NCBI GenBank assembly: GCA_963796675.1
Contig: CAWCMS010000020.1
Span: 630,540 to 694,539 of the forward strand
Direction of reading: 5' to 3'
Source of the DNA: Terriglobia bacterium
Lineage (GTDB): Bacteria; Acidobacteriota; Terriglobia; Bryobacterales; Bryobacteraceae
DNA length: 64,000 nucleotides
The notes beneath the pieces are model-generated. The model did no database searches and had not been told where the DNA came from. It was given only the letters and a program-made list of their open reading frames with translations. A program made the position numbers and the translations under genes. Numbering within the stretch: position 1 is the first letter of the stretch; each line of letters begins with the position of its first letter. Below, in pieces: positions 28,083 through 37,640 of the stretch.

Positions 28083-29108
28083 TTACCTCCCCAGCACCAG
28101 CACGCCCCAGGGCCGCTGCCCGACCTTCACCTTCTTAATGATGGTTCCGGTCGCCAGATCCACGATCGAAACATCGTTCGAAGGCCCGTTCGCCGTGTAG
28201 AGCAGCTTCTCGTCGGGCGAGAGCGCGATGCCCCAGGGCCGGTCGCCCACTTCGAAGGAATTCAGGATCTTCTCCGTCGCCGTATCGAGAACGAGCACTC
28301 TCTTCCCTCGTCCGGTGCTGACATAGAGCCGCGATCCGTCCTTCTTCATCGCCAGACCCATCGGCTTGGTTCCGTCGCCGGTCGGAATCGTGTGCGTCAC
28401 TTCGAGCGTCGCCGTGTCGATGACGCTGATCGCCTGGTCGTTCTCGTTGGTGATGTAGGCCTTCGAGCCATCGGGCAGAAACGCGATCCCCCGCGGACGC
28501 CGCCCCACCTTGATGGTCTTCAATGCCTTGCCTTCAGCGAGGTCTACGACCGTGATCGTCCCGCTCTCTTCCGACGTCGCGTAGACCCGCTTCCCGTCCG
28601 GTGTGATCATGACGCCTTCCGGCTCCTGGCCGGTCGGAATCGTCTTCAGCACCGTGCCCTTCTTCGGATCCACGAAGCTCAGCCCGGCCGCATCTTCGTT
28701 CGATACGTAGAGCGTGCCGTCGTTGCCGACCGCGAACTGCTCCGGATCGGACCCGCCCGGCAGCTTTTCGAGCACTTTGTTTTGCGCGATGTCATAGACG
28801 CCGATGCCGTCCGCGCTTTTATCCGGCGGCGGCAGCGTGCTCTCGTCCACTCCCGGAGGCGCCAGCGGCGATCCGCTCAGTGCCACGAAAATCGTCTTGC
28901 CGTCGGCGCTCGCGTGGATGCCGCGCGCGCGCTTTCCGAGCGGCACTGTCGCCACCGCTTCCATCGTCGCCGGGTCGATTACGGTCATATCGCCCGAAGA
29001 TTCGTTGCTTATGTAAACGCGGTAGGTGGGCCCCGAAGGGGTATGACTGCAGGCAGCCAGCAGCATCGCCACCGGCACGATTGCCGCGACTTTCACAAGA
29101 TTCGTCAT
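28083..29108 (-). CDS. YVTN-family beta-propeller lipoprotein
   Basis: Lipobox AMLLAAC. Repeated units of about 40 aa (G.A.S.DGK..YV....S..ISVID..T), for example RVYISNESSGDMTVIDPATMEAV, KAYITNENDQAISVIDTATLEV and LLYTANGPSNDVSIVDLATG. Confidence 0.8.
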   Translation of the reverse strand: MTNLVKVAAIVPVAMLLAACSHTPSGPTYRVYISNESSGDMTVIDPATMEAVATVPLGKRARGIHASADGKTIFVALSGSPLAPPGVDESTLPPPDKSADGIGVYDIAQNKVLEKLPGGSDPEQFAVGNDGTLYVSNEDAAGLSFVDPKKGTVLKTIPTGQEPEGVMITPDGKRVYATSEESGTITVVDLAEGKALKTIKVGRRPRGIAFLPDGSKAYITNENDQAISVIDTATLEVTHTIPTGDGTKPMGLAMKKDGSRLYVSTGRGKRVLVLDTATEKILNSFEVGDRPWGIALSPDEKLLYTANGPSNDVSIVDLATGTIIKKVKVGQRPWGVLVLGR

Positions 29109-29145
29109 TCGACGTTAGAATCCTTTCGCTGATCGGTCGTCCCCG

Positions 29146-29904
29146 TTAGCGATAGGTGAAGTCTACAGCGGCGGTCCCTGATGGCGCAACATGCACCTGC
29201 TCCGTCTGCTCGCCCAACTTCTCGTGCCACACCCCGACCGTGTAATCGCCCGGCGGCACATTCTTCCATTCGAAGCTGCCATCCGCTCCCGTGACCGCGA
29301 AGTACGGGTTATCGACCACCCCGATATACGCGTGCATCCAGTTATGGACGTTGCACTTGATCGGGACCATCACCTCCGCCCGCACCATCTTGTGCGTAAC
29401 GTCCGGCGCGTTCGGCGATTGCTGCTGGTTCCACTCGTAGCTGTTCTTCGGCATCAGGTGGATGTTGTGCGATACCGAATCGCTGTTCTTCAGGTCCAGC
29501 ATGCTGCCGGCTTCGATCCCCATGACCCGCGGCACGAATTGGCAACCGTGCTGGTCGAGCACCACCGATTGTTTGGAGGGTTCGAACTTCTTCCCCTCCA
29601 GGCCCGACTTGATGTACACGAAGGCGTACTCGAGACCGTCCTGCTTGCCGACCATGATCGGCTGGTCATATGCGGGGTTGCCTTCATGGGCCTTCTGGCA
29701 ACCCGCGTCCGATTCCATGTCGATGATCTTGCGGGTCGGCTTCGGTCCTTTATATAGGATGGAGCCGTGAACGACTCCGGCCGTCGCCGGGTCCACGTGA
29801 AAGTACTCGATGGCGACCCGCTTTTCGGCGACCTTGGGCGGAGTGTTCGAACCTCCGCAACCCGCCGCCGCGAGCGCCGCCGCCGCGAGGATGGCCCGCT
29901 TCAT
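29146..29904 (-). CDS. Lipoprotein with a cupredoxin-like C-x2-H-x2-M motif and a carboxypeptidase-regulatory-like C-terminal beta-sandwich
   Basis: Start at 29904 (MKRAILAAAALAAAGCGG), 2 nt after the upstream stop. Contains DSVSHNIH...KCNVHNWMHAYI, then TGADGSFEWKNVPPGDYTVGVWHEKLG. Confidence 0.65.
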   Translation of the reverse strand: MKRAILAAAALAAAGCGGSNTPPKVAEKRVAIEYFHVDPATAGVVHGSILYKGPKPTRKIIDMESDAGCQKAHEGNPAYDQPIMVGKQDGLEYAFVYIKSGLEGKKFEPSKQSVVLDQHGCQFVPRVMGIEAGSMLDLKNSDSVSHNIHLMPKNSYEWNQQQSPNAPDVTHKMVRAEVMVPIKCNVHNWMHAYIGVVDNPYFAVTGADGSFEWKNVPPGDYTVGVWHEKLGEQTEQVHVAPSGTAAVDFTYR

Positions 29905-29906
29905 GG

Positions 29907-31167
29907 CTACTGCGCCTGGCCCGGTCTGCCGATGGGTGCCTGCGGATTGCCCGGCCCGAAGTGTTTCAGCATCACCAGATCCTCGGCGTCGCTCCGGTTC
30001 GTGATCACCACGCCGTTGCGCGCGGCTTCGGCGGTGATGAAGAGCTCGTCTTTGGTCATTTGACCATAGCGTATCAGAGTCGGAGTCTCCACCTCGTGCG
30101 CGCCGATCTTGCCGTAGCCCTGCACCACGATCGTGCCGTACGCCTCCGCATCCTGGATCGTCACCGTCCGGCCCGGCTTCACCGTCAGTTCCTTCGCCGA
30201 ATAGAAGCGCGTCGAGTAAACCACCCAGTTTTCGACGTACCCTGCCTCTGCCATCGCGGCCGGATCTCCCGCGGGCGATGGATCGAACTGCCGGTGCTTG
30301 CCGAATTCCGGATCCGTGTTGGCGTCCCAATCCAGCATGTCCAGCAGGTAATCGAGGTCGTGATGATGCTCCGGCGGAACGTCCTTCACCAGCAGTTCCC
30401 ACGGCACCATCCGGCCTTCGACCAGCGATTGGTACATCGCGAAAACATCCGAATTCACCTGCGGCTCGTAAGTCACCAGCGATCCCGGCGCGTGCAGGAT
30501 GCCCGGATCGATCTGCCAGCCGCTTCCCGGCTTCAGCTTATACGCCTTCGAGTGGTAGAGAAGTCCGTTGTCGCCCTCGTTCCAGCGCTCCAGGCACTTG
30601 CGGACGTCGTCGCGCGTCGTCCCCGGCTCGAGGCCCATGAAGGTGTACGGGAAAGTGATTCCCCTTGAAGTTGTACTGCGGCGGGAAGTAATACGCTTCG
30701 GGCTTGCCCTTCTGCCCCACTCGCTTCGCGAATTCATCGGTCTGGTGCAGATGGTGGGGAATCGGGCCGAGGTTGTCGAAGAACTTGCAGAGCAGGTTCC
30801 AGCCTCCCTCCCGATGCATGACTTCCGCGCCTAGAAAGAGGTCGCCCACCGTCTCGATGGCCTCTTTCAACAGAACTTTCTTCCCCTGGAACTCGATGTA
30901 GCTCAGACCTTCATCCTGGGCCGTCAGCGGACCATTAGCCGCCTTCGTGGTCGACGAGAACCAGCGCTCGTCGATTCCACCGCGCTCCGCGCCCAATACA
31001 TAAAGGTCCCGCGGATCGAGCTTCAGCCGCCCTCCCGGCATCAGGAACGATCGCGGCACCCAGCACGGCGCCAGCCGGACGATTCCTTCGCCGGCCGCCA
31101 GCGCGTCCCGCAGCAACCCTGCGTGCGTGGCGTGCGAATCCGAATTCTGTTGTAGCTGAGGAGTCAT
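29907..31167 (-). pseudogene. Class-I mannose-6-phosphate-isomerase-like cupin gene split by a +1 frameshift
   Basis: Track ORFs 30538..31167 and 29907..30737 are two halves of one gene. The 5' frame reads ...KGKPEAYYFPPQYNFKG and the +1 frame continues GITFPYTFMGLEPG... across a GGGG run (CCCC at 30661-30664 on the plus strand). Deleting one G joins them. The total span of 1261 nt equals 3n+1. LCKFFDNLGPIPHHLHQTDE..GKPEAYYF resembles the PMI metal site. Confidence 0.6.
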
Positions 31168-31299
31168 AAAAAGGCCTTGGCCATTTGTCTATGGCTGAAG
31201 AAGCATCTGTAGCGTACTGCCATCCCCGATAGTGTGTCAAGAAGAGGCGGCCCTGTGCCGGAACACAGAGCCGCGATCGTTAGCGAGCGGGCCGGTTCC

Positions 31300-34200
31300 C
31301 TAAAATCGGAACCGCGCCGAAAGCACCGTGTGCCTTGCCTGCACCTGCGCTCCTTGCACCGTGCCGAATGCCGCGTTGGTCTGCGCCCCGGTGGTGAAGT
31401 TGTAGGTCAGGCTGCTGTTGGGGTTGTTCGGGTTGAAGTGATTAAACGTGTTGAAGGTTTCCACGCGCAGCTCGAGCGTCTTGCCTTCCGCGAGCTTCGT
31501 GATTTTGGCCAGCGAGAGGTCCATATTGAACAATCCCGGGCCATAGAACAACGTCGGCGGCGTGTTGCCGATGCCCAGCGAGTTCGCCCCGGGCAGGGTG
31601 AAGTTCGCCGCGTTTAAGGGCACCTGCAGCCCCGGATCTTCCGTCTTCGAAGGGTACTGGCCCGAGGGCAGGAAGGTGTTGCTCCCCATCTGGCAGCGGA
31701 ACGGCAGGTAAGAGGTCGGCGTGCCTGTCCAGTACTGCGAGGGGGCGCCCGTCGCACCGCAAGTCACCGTATAAGGGTTGCCCGAGTAGATTGCACCGTC
31801 GCCGTTGATATGCCATCCGTCCAGCACAGCCTTGGTGAAACGGTTCTCCCAGACCTTGCTGCCGTTCGGCAGGTCGTATCCGAAGTTCAGGTTCACCGCC
31901 TGCAGGCGGTTGGTCACATTTTTCGTTAGTTGCGCGTTGACAAACTGATACAGCGCGGTCTGGCTGCCGGTGTTGTAAGTGAGGGTGCGCGAGAACGTGT
32001 AGTTCGCGTTCCACTGGACCCTGCCCACCCGCCGGTTCAACTGCATCTGCAGGGAGTTGTAATTGGTGCTGAAGCTCTGGGTGTAGTCGATGATGTTACC
32101 GAGCCCCGCGTAACCCGTCATGGCACGGATCAGGTTTGTCGAGTAGAAGCCGGGGTTCGTCGGGTTCGTCGTCGGGTCGATGAACTTCGGGTTCGGGCAG
32201 CCGCCCAGGATCGGTGTGGCGCAACCCGACGGACTCCACGTCGTCAGTGGCGCCACCGCGTTGCTGTCGTACATTTCGCCATAACCGTGGCGGAGCGCAT
32301 TGCCCACATACGAAATGTCTGCGATCAGCCCGCGCGCCACTTCCCGCTGGATACCGAAGCTCCAGTTATACGTGGACTCCGGGATCTCGTTCGGGGATCC
32401 GCCGATCACGTTCTGCGGCGTGTAGTACGCCTGCGCGTTCGCAAGATTGTCGAAATTCGTATAGAGAATCGTGGGCGCCAGGAAGGTGGGCGGCGACATC
32501 ATCGGGCCCTGGCCCGCGCTTAATGCACCGATGTAATCCACGGTCCAGTTGCGGCCTACGATGATGCCGAATCCGCCGCGCATCGCCGTCTTGCCGTCGC
32601 CGAACACATCCCACGCGAAGCCGACGCGCGGCCCCACCTGGATCGGCGCGACGTTGAAGAAGTGTGTGTTGTACTGCTGGATGCCGGACCACGGGTAGCC
32701 GTTCGCCGGATAGGAAGAAGTGTCGAACGTCCCCTGCCGCACGTATGGGAAGGTCGCCCCGGTGGCGGGATTGACGGCGATCTTGTCAGCCGTGGGACAG
32801 GTGCCGGAAGTCTGAATCGAGCACGCCGGATAGAGCAACTGTCCGACTTTCGAGGCCTGGTACTGGCTGGCGTTGAACAGCCCCAACGTGGCCCCCTTCG
32901 AGTTCAAGTCTCCTACGCGATAGAAGCGCACGCCATAATCGAACGTCAGGCGCCGGCTCGCCTTCCAGGTGTCCTGTATGAACCACTCGACCTGCGTATA
33001 GCGGGCATGATTGACTAGCTTTTTGTTATCGTCGCCGTACGCGAAAATGCTGCCCGCGAGTGCGTTCGAATACGGATATCCGGTATCGAGGGGGCTTGCC
33101 TTATCGGAACCGAAGTAATAGGTGCCAGCCGCGTTGTATACAGAGTATACGCTCACGTTGCGCGCCATTCGCTCGAAATAAATGCCCGCCTTAATTGTGT
33201 GCGCACCGGCCACCCAGGTGACTTTGTCGTCGATCGTCTCCACCTGGTCCGTGCCCGTGAACGGCCAGCGGCTGTCCTGGCTGAACGTCGGAACATTGGT
33301 AATGCCTTGGCCCGCCGACTGCGCGGTGAATCCGGAGGGCAGCGCAAAGTTCACCGCGGGCAGCAGGTTCAGGATGTTGCTGCCCTGGTTGATGCGCGGC
33401 AGGACGACGGAATTGCCGTTCACGTCCTTCAGTGGTAGCAGGCTCTGCTGATACGTCTTTACGCCGCCAGACGCGGAGTCCGCGCTGGTGTCACTTAACG
33501 GGTCGACTCCCTGCTTGCCTCGATTAACGCCCCAGGTGAACTCGTTGATCAGGGTCGGAGAGAACGTGTACACCGCGGTGGCCAATGCCCCGGCCGCCTG
33601 TACGTGGTAACTCGCCGGGAACTGTCCCCACGTGCCGCCGGGAGGATTCACCGTGCCGCCGTACCCATTGACCGCCTGGTAATCCTGCAGCAGCCGCACG
33701 AACGTTTGCAGCTTCGGCGAGATGTTGTAGTCGAGACGGAACACCTTGTCATCGAGCGGCTTGTTCTGAGGCAGCACAGCACGGAAGTTATACTGCCGCT
33801 GTCCAGTCGGATCGAGGTTGAGACCTAACGGATCGGGCAGCGGGAACAGGTTCAGCATCGCCTGTCCAGCCGGGCTGATCCGGCTCTGGGGAATCACGTT
33901 TCCAGGATAAGGCGCCTGCGTGGTTGGATCGGTGATTGGAATCTGGACGCCCGTGGTGGTAACGGTCTTCGAAAAATCGCCCTGCCGCTCGAGTGCCGTC
34001 GGCATGGTGTAGACGTTGTTGATGGTGGTGGCATTGAACAGCTTGTCGTACGAGAAGAAGAAGAAGAGTTTCTGGCGGCTCTTATTGAAATTTGTGCCGG
34101 GGATGATCAGCGGTCCGCCGATCGTACCGCCCGGATTCTGGTAGCGGTACTTTGGGATCGCCACGCCGGTCTTATTGTTGAAAAACTCATTGGCGTTCAG

Positions 34201-34989
34201 CATCTCGTGGCGCATGTAGTAATACGCCGTCCCATGAAACTGCGACGTTCCGTTCTTCGTCGACAGCGTCAACTGTCCGCCCGTGCGGCCGCCATACTCG
34301 GCCGTGTAATTCGACACCAGCAGTTTGACCTCGCCGATCGCATCCATGCTGGGCGAGATATAACCGGGATTCAGGTTGCCCGAATCCTGGCTGGAAGCGC
34401 CGTCCATATTGAGGACCAATTGCCCGGTCTGGCCGCCATTGACGCCGGGGATAGCGCCGCCCGACCAGCCACGATAATCGTTCGACGACACCGTCTGCAC
34501 GCCCGGCAGCGTCATGATCACCGAAACCGGGTTGCGGCCGCGCGTCGGCGTATCGTCGATCTGCTTCAGGTTGATCGCAATCGAGCGGTCGGAACTGTCG
34601 GTGGCGACGTGTACCGCCGAGGCGGTCACTTCCACGGTGCTCGTTACATCGCCGACCGAGAGCGCCAGTTCATGGAGGTCGACGCGTTCCTGCGCCGCCA
34701 CCCCGATCGACCTCTGTTCGTAGTTCTTGAAACCTCTGGCGACCACCTTAAGGCTATATGCCCCCGGCACCAGGCCGGTGAAAATAAACGATCCCGCCGA
34801 GCTGGTGTTATAGCCGCGTTCCTGCTTGGACAGGTCGTTGCTGAGTGTCACCACTGCGCCGGCTACGGCTGCTCCGCTGGCATCCACCACAGTGCCGGAG
34901 ATCTGGCCTGTAACACTTTGCGCGTTTGCCGCTGGAAGCGAAGCCAGCAGCAGAGAGAGTAACCCCACGAAGATACGACAAGGCTTCAC
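31300..34989 (-). CDS. TonB-dependent outer-membrane receptor with an N-terminal CarboxypepD_reg domain
   Basis: GTG at 34989 with GGGAGG 7 nt upstream. Signal peptide VKPCRIFVGLLSLLLASLPAANAQ, then SGTVVDASGAAVAGAVVTL...GSFIFTGLVPGAYSL, then plug and barrel. The C-terminus ...VLSARFRF ends in the OMP beta-signal Phe. Confidence 0.9.
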   Translation of the reverse strand: MKPCRIFVGLLSLLLASLPAANAQSVTGQISGTVVDASGAAVAGAVVTLSNDLSKQERGYNTSSAGSFIFTGLVPGAYSLKVVARGFKNYEQRSIGVAAQERVDLHELALSVGDVTSTVEVTASAVHVATDSSDRSIAINLKQIDDTPTRGRNPVSVIMTLPGVQTVSSNDYRGWSGGAIPGVNGGQTGQLVLNMDGASSQDSGNLNPGYISPSMDAIGEVKLLVSNYTAEYGGRTGGQLTLSTKNGTSQFHGTAYYYMRHEMLNANEFFNNKTGVAIPKYRYQNPGGTIGGPLIIPGTNFNKSRQKLFFFFSYDKLFNATTINNVYTMPTALERQGDFSKTVTTTGVQIPITDPTTQAPYPGNVIPQSRISPAGQAMLNLFPLPDPLGLNLDPTGQRQYNFRAVLPQNKPLDDKVFRLDYNISPKLQTFVRLLQDYQAVNGYGGTVNPPGGTWGQFPASYHVQAAGALATAVYTFSPTLINEFTWGVNRGKQGVDPLSDTSADSASGGVKTYQQSLLPLKDVNGNSVVLPRINQGSNILNLLPAVNFALPSGFTAQSAGQGITNVPTFSQDSRWPFTGTDQVETIDDKVTWVAGAHTIKAGIYFERMARNVSVYSVYNAAGTYYFGSDKASPLDTGYPYSNALAGSIFAYGDDNKKLVNHARYTQVEWFIQDTWKASRRLTFDYGVRFYRVGDLNSKGATLGLFNASQYQASKVGQLLYPACSIQTSGTCPTADKIAVNPATGATFPYVRQGTFDTSSYPANGYPWSGIQQYNTHFFNVAPIQVGPRVGFAWDVFGDGKTAMRGGFGIIVGRNWTVDYIGALSAGQGPMMSPPTFLAPTILYTNFDNLANAQAYYTPQNVIGGSPNEIPESTYNWSFGIQREVARGLIADISYVGNALRHGYGEMYDSNAVAPLTTWSPSGCATPILGGCPNPKFIDPTTNPTNPGFYSTNLIRAMTGYAGLGNIIDYTQSFSTNYNSLQMQLNRRVGRVQWNANYTFSRTLTYNTGSQTALYQFVNAQLTKNVTNRLQAVNLNFGYDLPNGSKVWENRFTKAVLDGWHINGDGAIYSGNPYTVTCGATGAPSQYWTGTPTSYLPFRCQMGSNTFLPSGQYPSKTEDPGLQVPLNAANFTLPGANSLGIGNTPPTLFYGPGLFNMDLSLAKITKLAEGKTLELRVETFNTFNHFNPNNPNSSLTYNFTTGAQTNAAFGTVQGAQVQARHTVLSARFRF

Positions 34990-35324
34990 AACTAACCTCC
35001 CAGTCACCCGTCTTGATTGTTTGGAGTTGGTCCGGAGGGAAAGTAGAAGGGATAGTGCGAAAGATCCGCCTGCCAAACGGCCGGTGCCGTTTGCCGCGAG
35101 GCAATTTCGTACTGTGCGACACCCGAGTCGCCTGCATTCCCCTCCAGGGCGGTGTTGACCCGTTGAAACGATTCAATCCGCGGTGGAGCTAGAATATAGC
35201 GGGCGCTCCCCCGTGTCAAGAACAAAGCTCGCCCTCGTATCATTTTTCGTTCACTTCCGTCTTGTAGGTTTCAACGCCGGCGAAGTACACTGAGAAGCGC
35301 AAACCGCACGATCAGAGGTCTGGG

Positions 35325-36875
35325 ATGCGTAGAATACCGGTTGTCACAATTGCGGCCCTGTGTTGCCGCATTGCTCTTGGAGCCGATTGGCTCACCGATG
35401 GCGGCGACGTCAAACGGGATGCCTGGGCGAAGGATGAGAAGATTTTTTCGACATCCAACGCGAAAGATATCAAGCTCCTCTGGAAACTTCATCTGGACAA
35501 TGAACCGCGCCAGATGCACAATCTTTTCCCTCCGCTCATCATCGACCGCCTGGAAACCAAGGACGGCATCCGGCAGGTCGCCATCGAGACCGGAGTCTCC
35601 GACAACATCTACGCCATCGATGTCGAAAAGGGAGAGGTGATCTGGAAGAAGCATTTCCAGAGCACATGGACGCCACCGGCTAATGGCGGCCGCGGCGGCG
35701 GCATTCTCTGCCCCGGCGGCATCACCGCGACGCCCGTTGTCGCACCTGCCGGCACGCCGGGTAAATATACGATCTACGCCGCCTCCTGGGATGGCACGCT
35801 GCACCAGTTGGATGCCTCGGACGGCGAAGATGTCAAGCCGCCTGCGAAGTTTATGCCGCCCAACGGCAAGCCCTACGCGCTGAACCTCTATAAGGACGTG
35901 ATCTACACCCACACCGCGCAAGGCTGCGGCGGCAATCCCAACATGGTGTACGCCTACGACCTGAAGACCAGCAAGGTCGGCACCTGGGGACCCGCCGGCG
36001 GCGGCATGTGGGGACGCACCGGGCCCGCGATCAGCTCTTCCGGCGTCATGTATACGGGCACGGGCGACGGCCGCTGGGATCCCGCCAACGGCACCTATGG
36101 CGACGGCATCATCGGCGTGCAGCAGGACCCGGCCACGAAATCGCTCGACCTGGTGGATTACTACGGCCCCAGCAACGCCGAGTGGCTCGTGAAGCGCGAC
36201 CTGGATATGCAGGTCACACCGGTCATCTTCGATTACAAAGGCAAAGAGCTCATGGTCGATGCCGGCAAGGAGTGCCGCCTCTATTTAATGGACACCGCCT
36301 CCATCGGCGGCGACGACCATCGCACCCCGCTCTATCGCAGCCCCCTGCTCTGCAACGAGGACGTGAACTTCGCCTCGGCCGGCATCTGGGGCTCGCTCGC
36401 GTCCTGGGTCGACGCCAAAGGCACACGCTGGGTCCTGACGCCCATCTGGGGCAAGCCGCACTCAAAGTTCAAGACCCCGACCCAGCATGGTGAGGTGGTC
36501 AACGGCGCCATCGTGGCATTCAAAGTCGAAGAGAGCGGCGGCAAGTACACGCTCGAACCCGCGTGGATGTCGCGCGACATGAATCGCGCGGAACCCCCGA
36601 TCATCGCCAACGGGGTGATCTTCGCTTACGGCAACGGCGAGGACACCGACCAAGCCTATGCCGATGTCGGACTGGACGATGTGGCCGACCGGCGCATCCC
36701 CGGCTCCACGCACGCCGTGCTCTACGCGCTCGATGCGCAGACCGGCAAGGAATTGTGGAACAGCGGCGACCAGATTAAGTCGTGGAACCATTGGAGCGGC
36801 ATCTCACTCGCCAATGGCCGCGTCTACATCGGCACCTTCGACGGCAACCTCTACTGCTTCGGCATCAAGAAGTAA
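35325..36875 (+). CDS. Secreted PQQ-enzyme-like beta-propeller repeat protein
   Basis: Signal peptide, then [21 protein letters not shown] (resembles the N-terminus of quinoprotein dehydrogenases). Repeated Y..D..TGK.LW / G.LY.. units to the end ([14 protein letters not shown]...[16 protein letters not shown]). Confidence 0.7.
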   Translation: MRRIPVVTIAALCCRIALGADWLTDGGDVKRDAWAKDEKIFSTSNAKDIKLLWKLHLDNEPRQMHNLFPPLIIDRLETKDGIRQVAIETGVSDNIYAIDVEKGEVIWKKHFQSTWTPPANGGRGGGILCPGGITATPVVAPAGTPGKYTIYAASWDGTLHQLDASDGEDVKPPAKFMPPNGKPYALNLYKDVIYTHTAQGCGGNPNMVYAYDLKTSKVGTWGPAGGGMWGRTGPAISSSGVMYTGTGDGRWDPANGTYGDGIIGVQQDPATKSLDLVDYYGPSNAEWLVKRDLDMQVTPVIFDYKGKELMVDAGKECRLYLMDTASIGGDDHRTPLYRSPLLCNEDVNFASAGIWGSLASWVDAKGTRWVLTPIWGKPHSKFKTPTQHGEVVNGAIVAFKVEESGGKYTLEPAWMSRDMNRAEPPIIANGVIFAYGNGEDTDQAYADVGLDDVADRRIPGSTHAVLYALDAQTGKELWNSGDQIKSWNHWSGISLANGRVYIGTFDGNLYCFGIKK

Positions 36876-36878
36876 GTC

Positions 36879-37640
36879 ATGAGATACACAGCGATTGGTG
36901 CGCTGGCGGGCCTGCTCACCCTGGGGACCTTTGGCGTGGCGCAGCCGCCCGATTCTCCGGAACTCAAGGCGCTCGAGAACCGCATCGCGAAAGAGCGGCA
37001 CCTGCTGAACGACTTCGGCGGCCTCATCCGCTACGGCAGCGAGAACACCGAGGTCCGCCCTCCAGCGCCCGGCGAGAACCGCGTGATTTTCCTCGGCGAC
37101 CAGGTCACCGAACGCTGGGGGGCGGGTGCGGCGAAGTTCTTCCCAGGAAAGCCCTACTTCAACCGCGGCATCGAAAATCAGAACACCGAGCAGATGCTGA
37201 TCCGTTTCCGCCAGGATGTGATCTCTCTGCAGCCGAAGGTGGTCGTGATTCAGGGCGGCACTAACGACCTCGCCGCCGTCAACGGCCCGGGCACGGAAGG
37301 CACCATCGCGGAGAACATCATGTCGATGGTGGAGCTTGCCAAGGTGCACCATATCCGAGTCGTGCTGGCGTCGCTCACACCGGTCTGCGACTGCTACATC
37401 AAGCAGACCGGCCTGCGGCCGCAAGGTAAGATCATCGGCCTGAATGGCTGGCTCAAGCGGTACGCCGCGGAAAGCGGCTCGATCTATTTGAACTATTATC
37501 AAGCCCTGGCGAACGGCCGGGACTTCCGGAAAGAGCTCACCGTCGACGGCCTGCTTCCCAACGATGCAGGCTACCAAGTGATGGCGCCGCTCGCGGAACA
37601 GGCCGTTGCGCAGGCGCTTGGAGAGAAAGGAGTTCAGTGA
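36879..37640 (+). CDS. SGNH/GDSL-fold protein lacking the catalytic Ser and His
   Basis: Block I reads VIFLGDQVTE (canonical GDS). Block III is GGTNDL. Block V reads VDGLLPNDAGY (canonical DxxH, usually DGLHP). The start is 4 nt after the upstream stop, and the stop overlaps the next start. Confidence 0.75.
   Translation: MRYTAIGALAGLLTLGTFGVAQPPDSPELKALENRIAKERHLLNDFGGLIRYGSENTEVRPPAPGENRVIFLGDQVTERWGAGAAKFFPGKPYFNRGIENQNTEQMLIRFRQDVISLQPKVVVIQGGTNDLAAVNGPGTEGTIAENIMSMVELAKVHHIRVVLASLTPVCDCYIKQTGLRPQGKIIGLNGWLKRYAAESGSIYLNYYQALANGRDFRKELTVDGLLPNDAGYQVMAPLAEQAVAQALGEKGVQ

Noticed and set aside
30655-30668. Programmed ribosomal frameshifting as the explanation for the two split genes
   Set aside because: I see no slippery heptamer plus downstream structure. 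Both sites are simple homopolymer runs needing a 1-nt deletion, and the two enzyme families are not known to use recoding. A sequencing error or a real indel is more economical.
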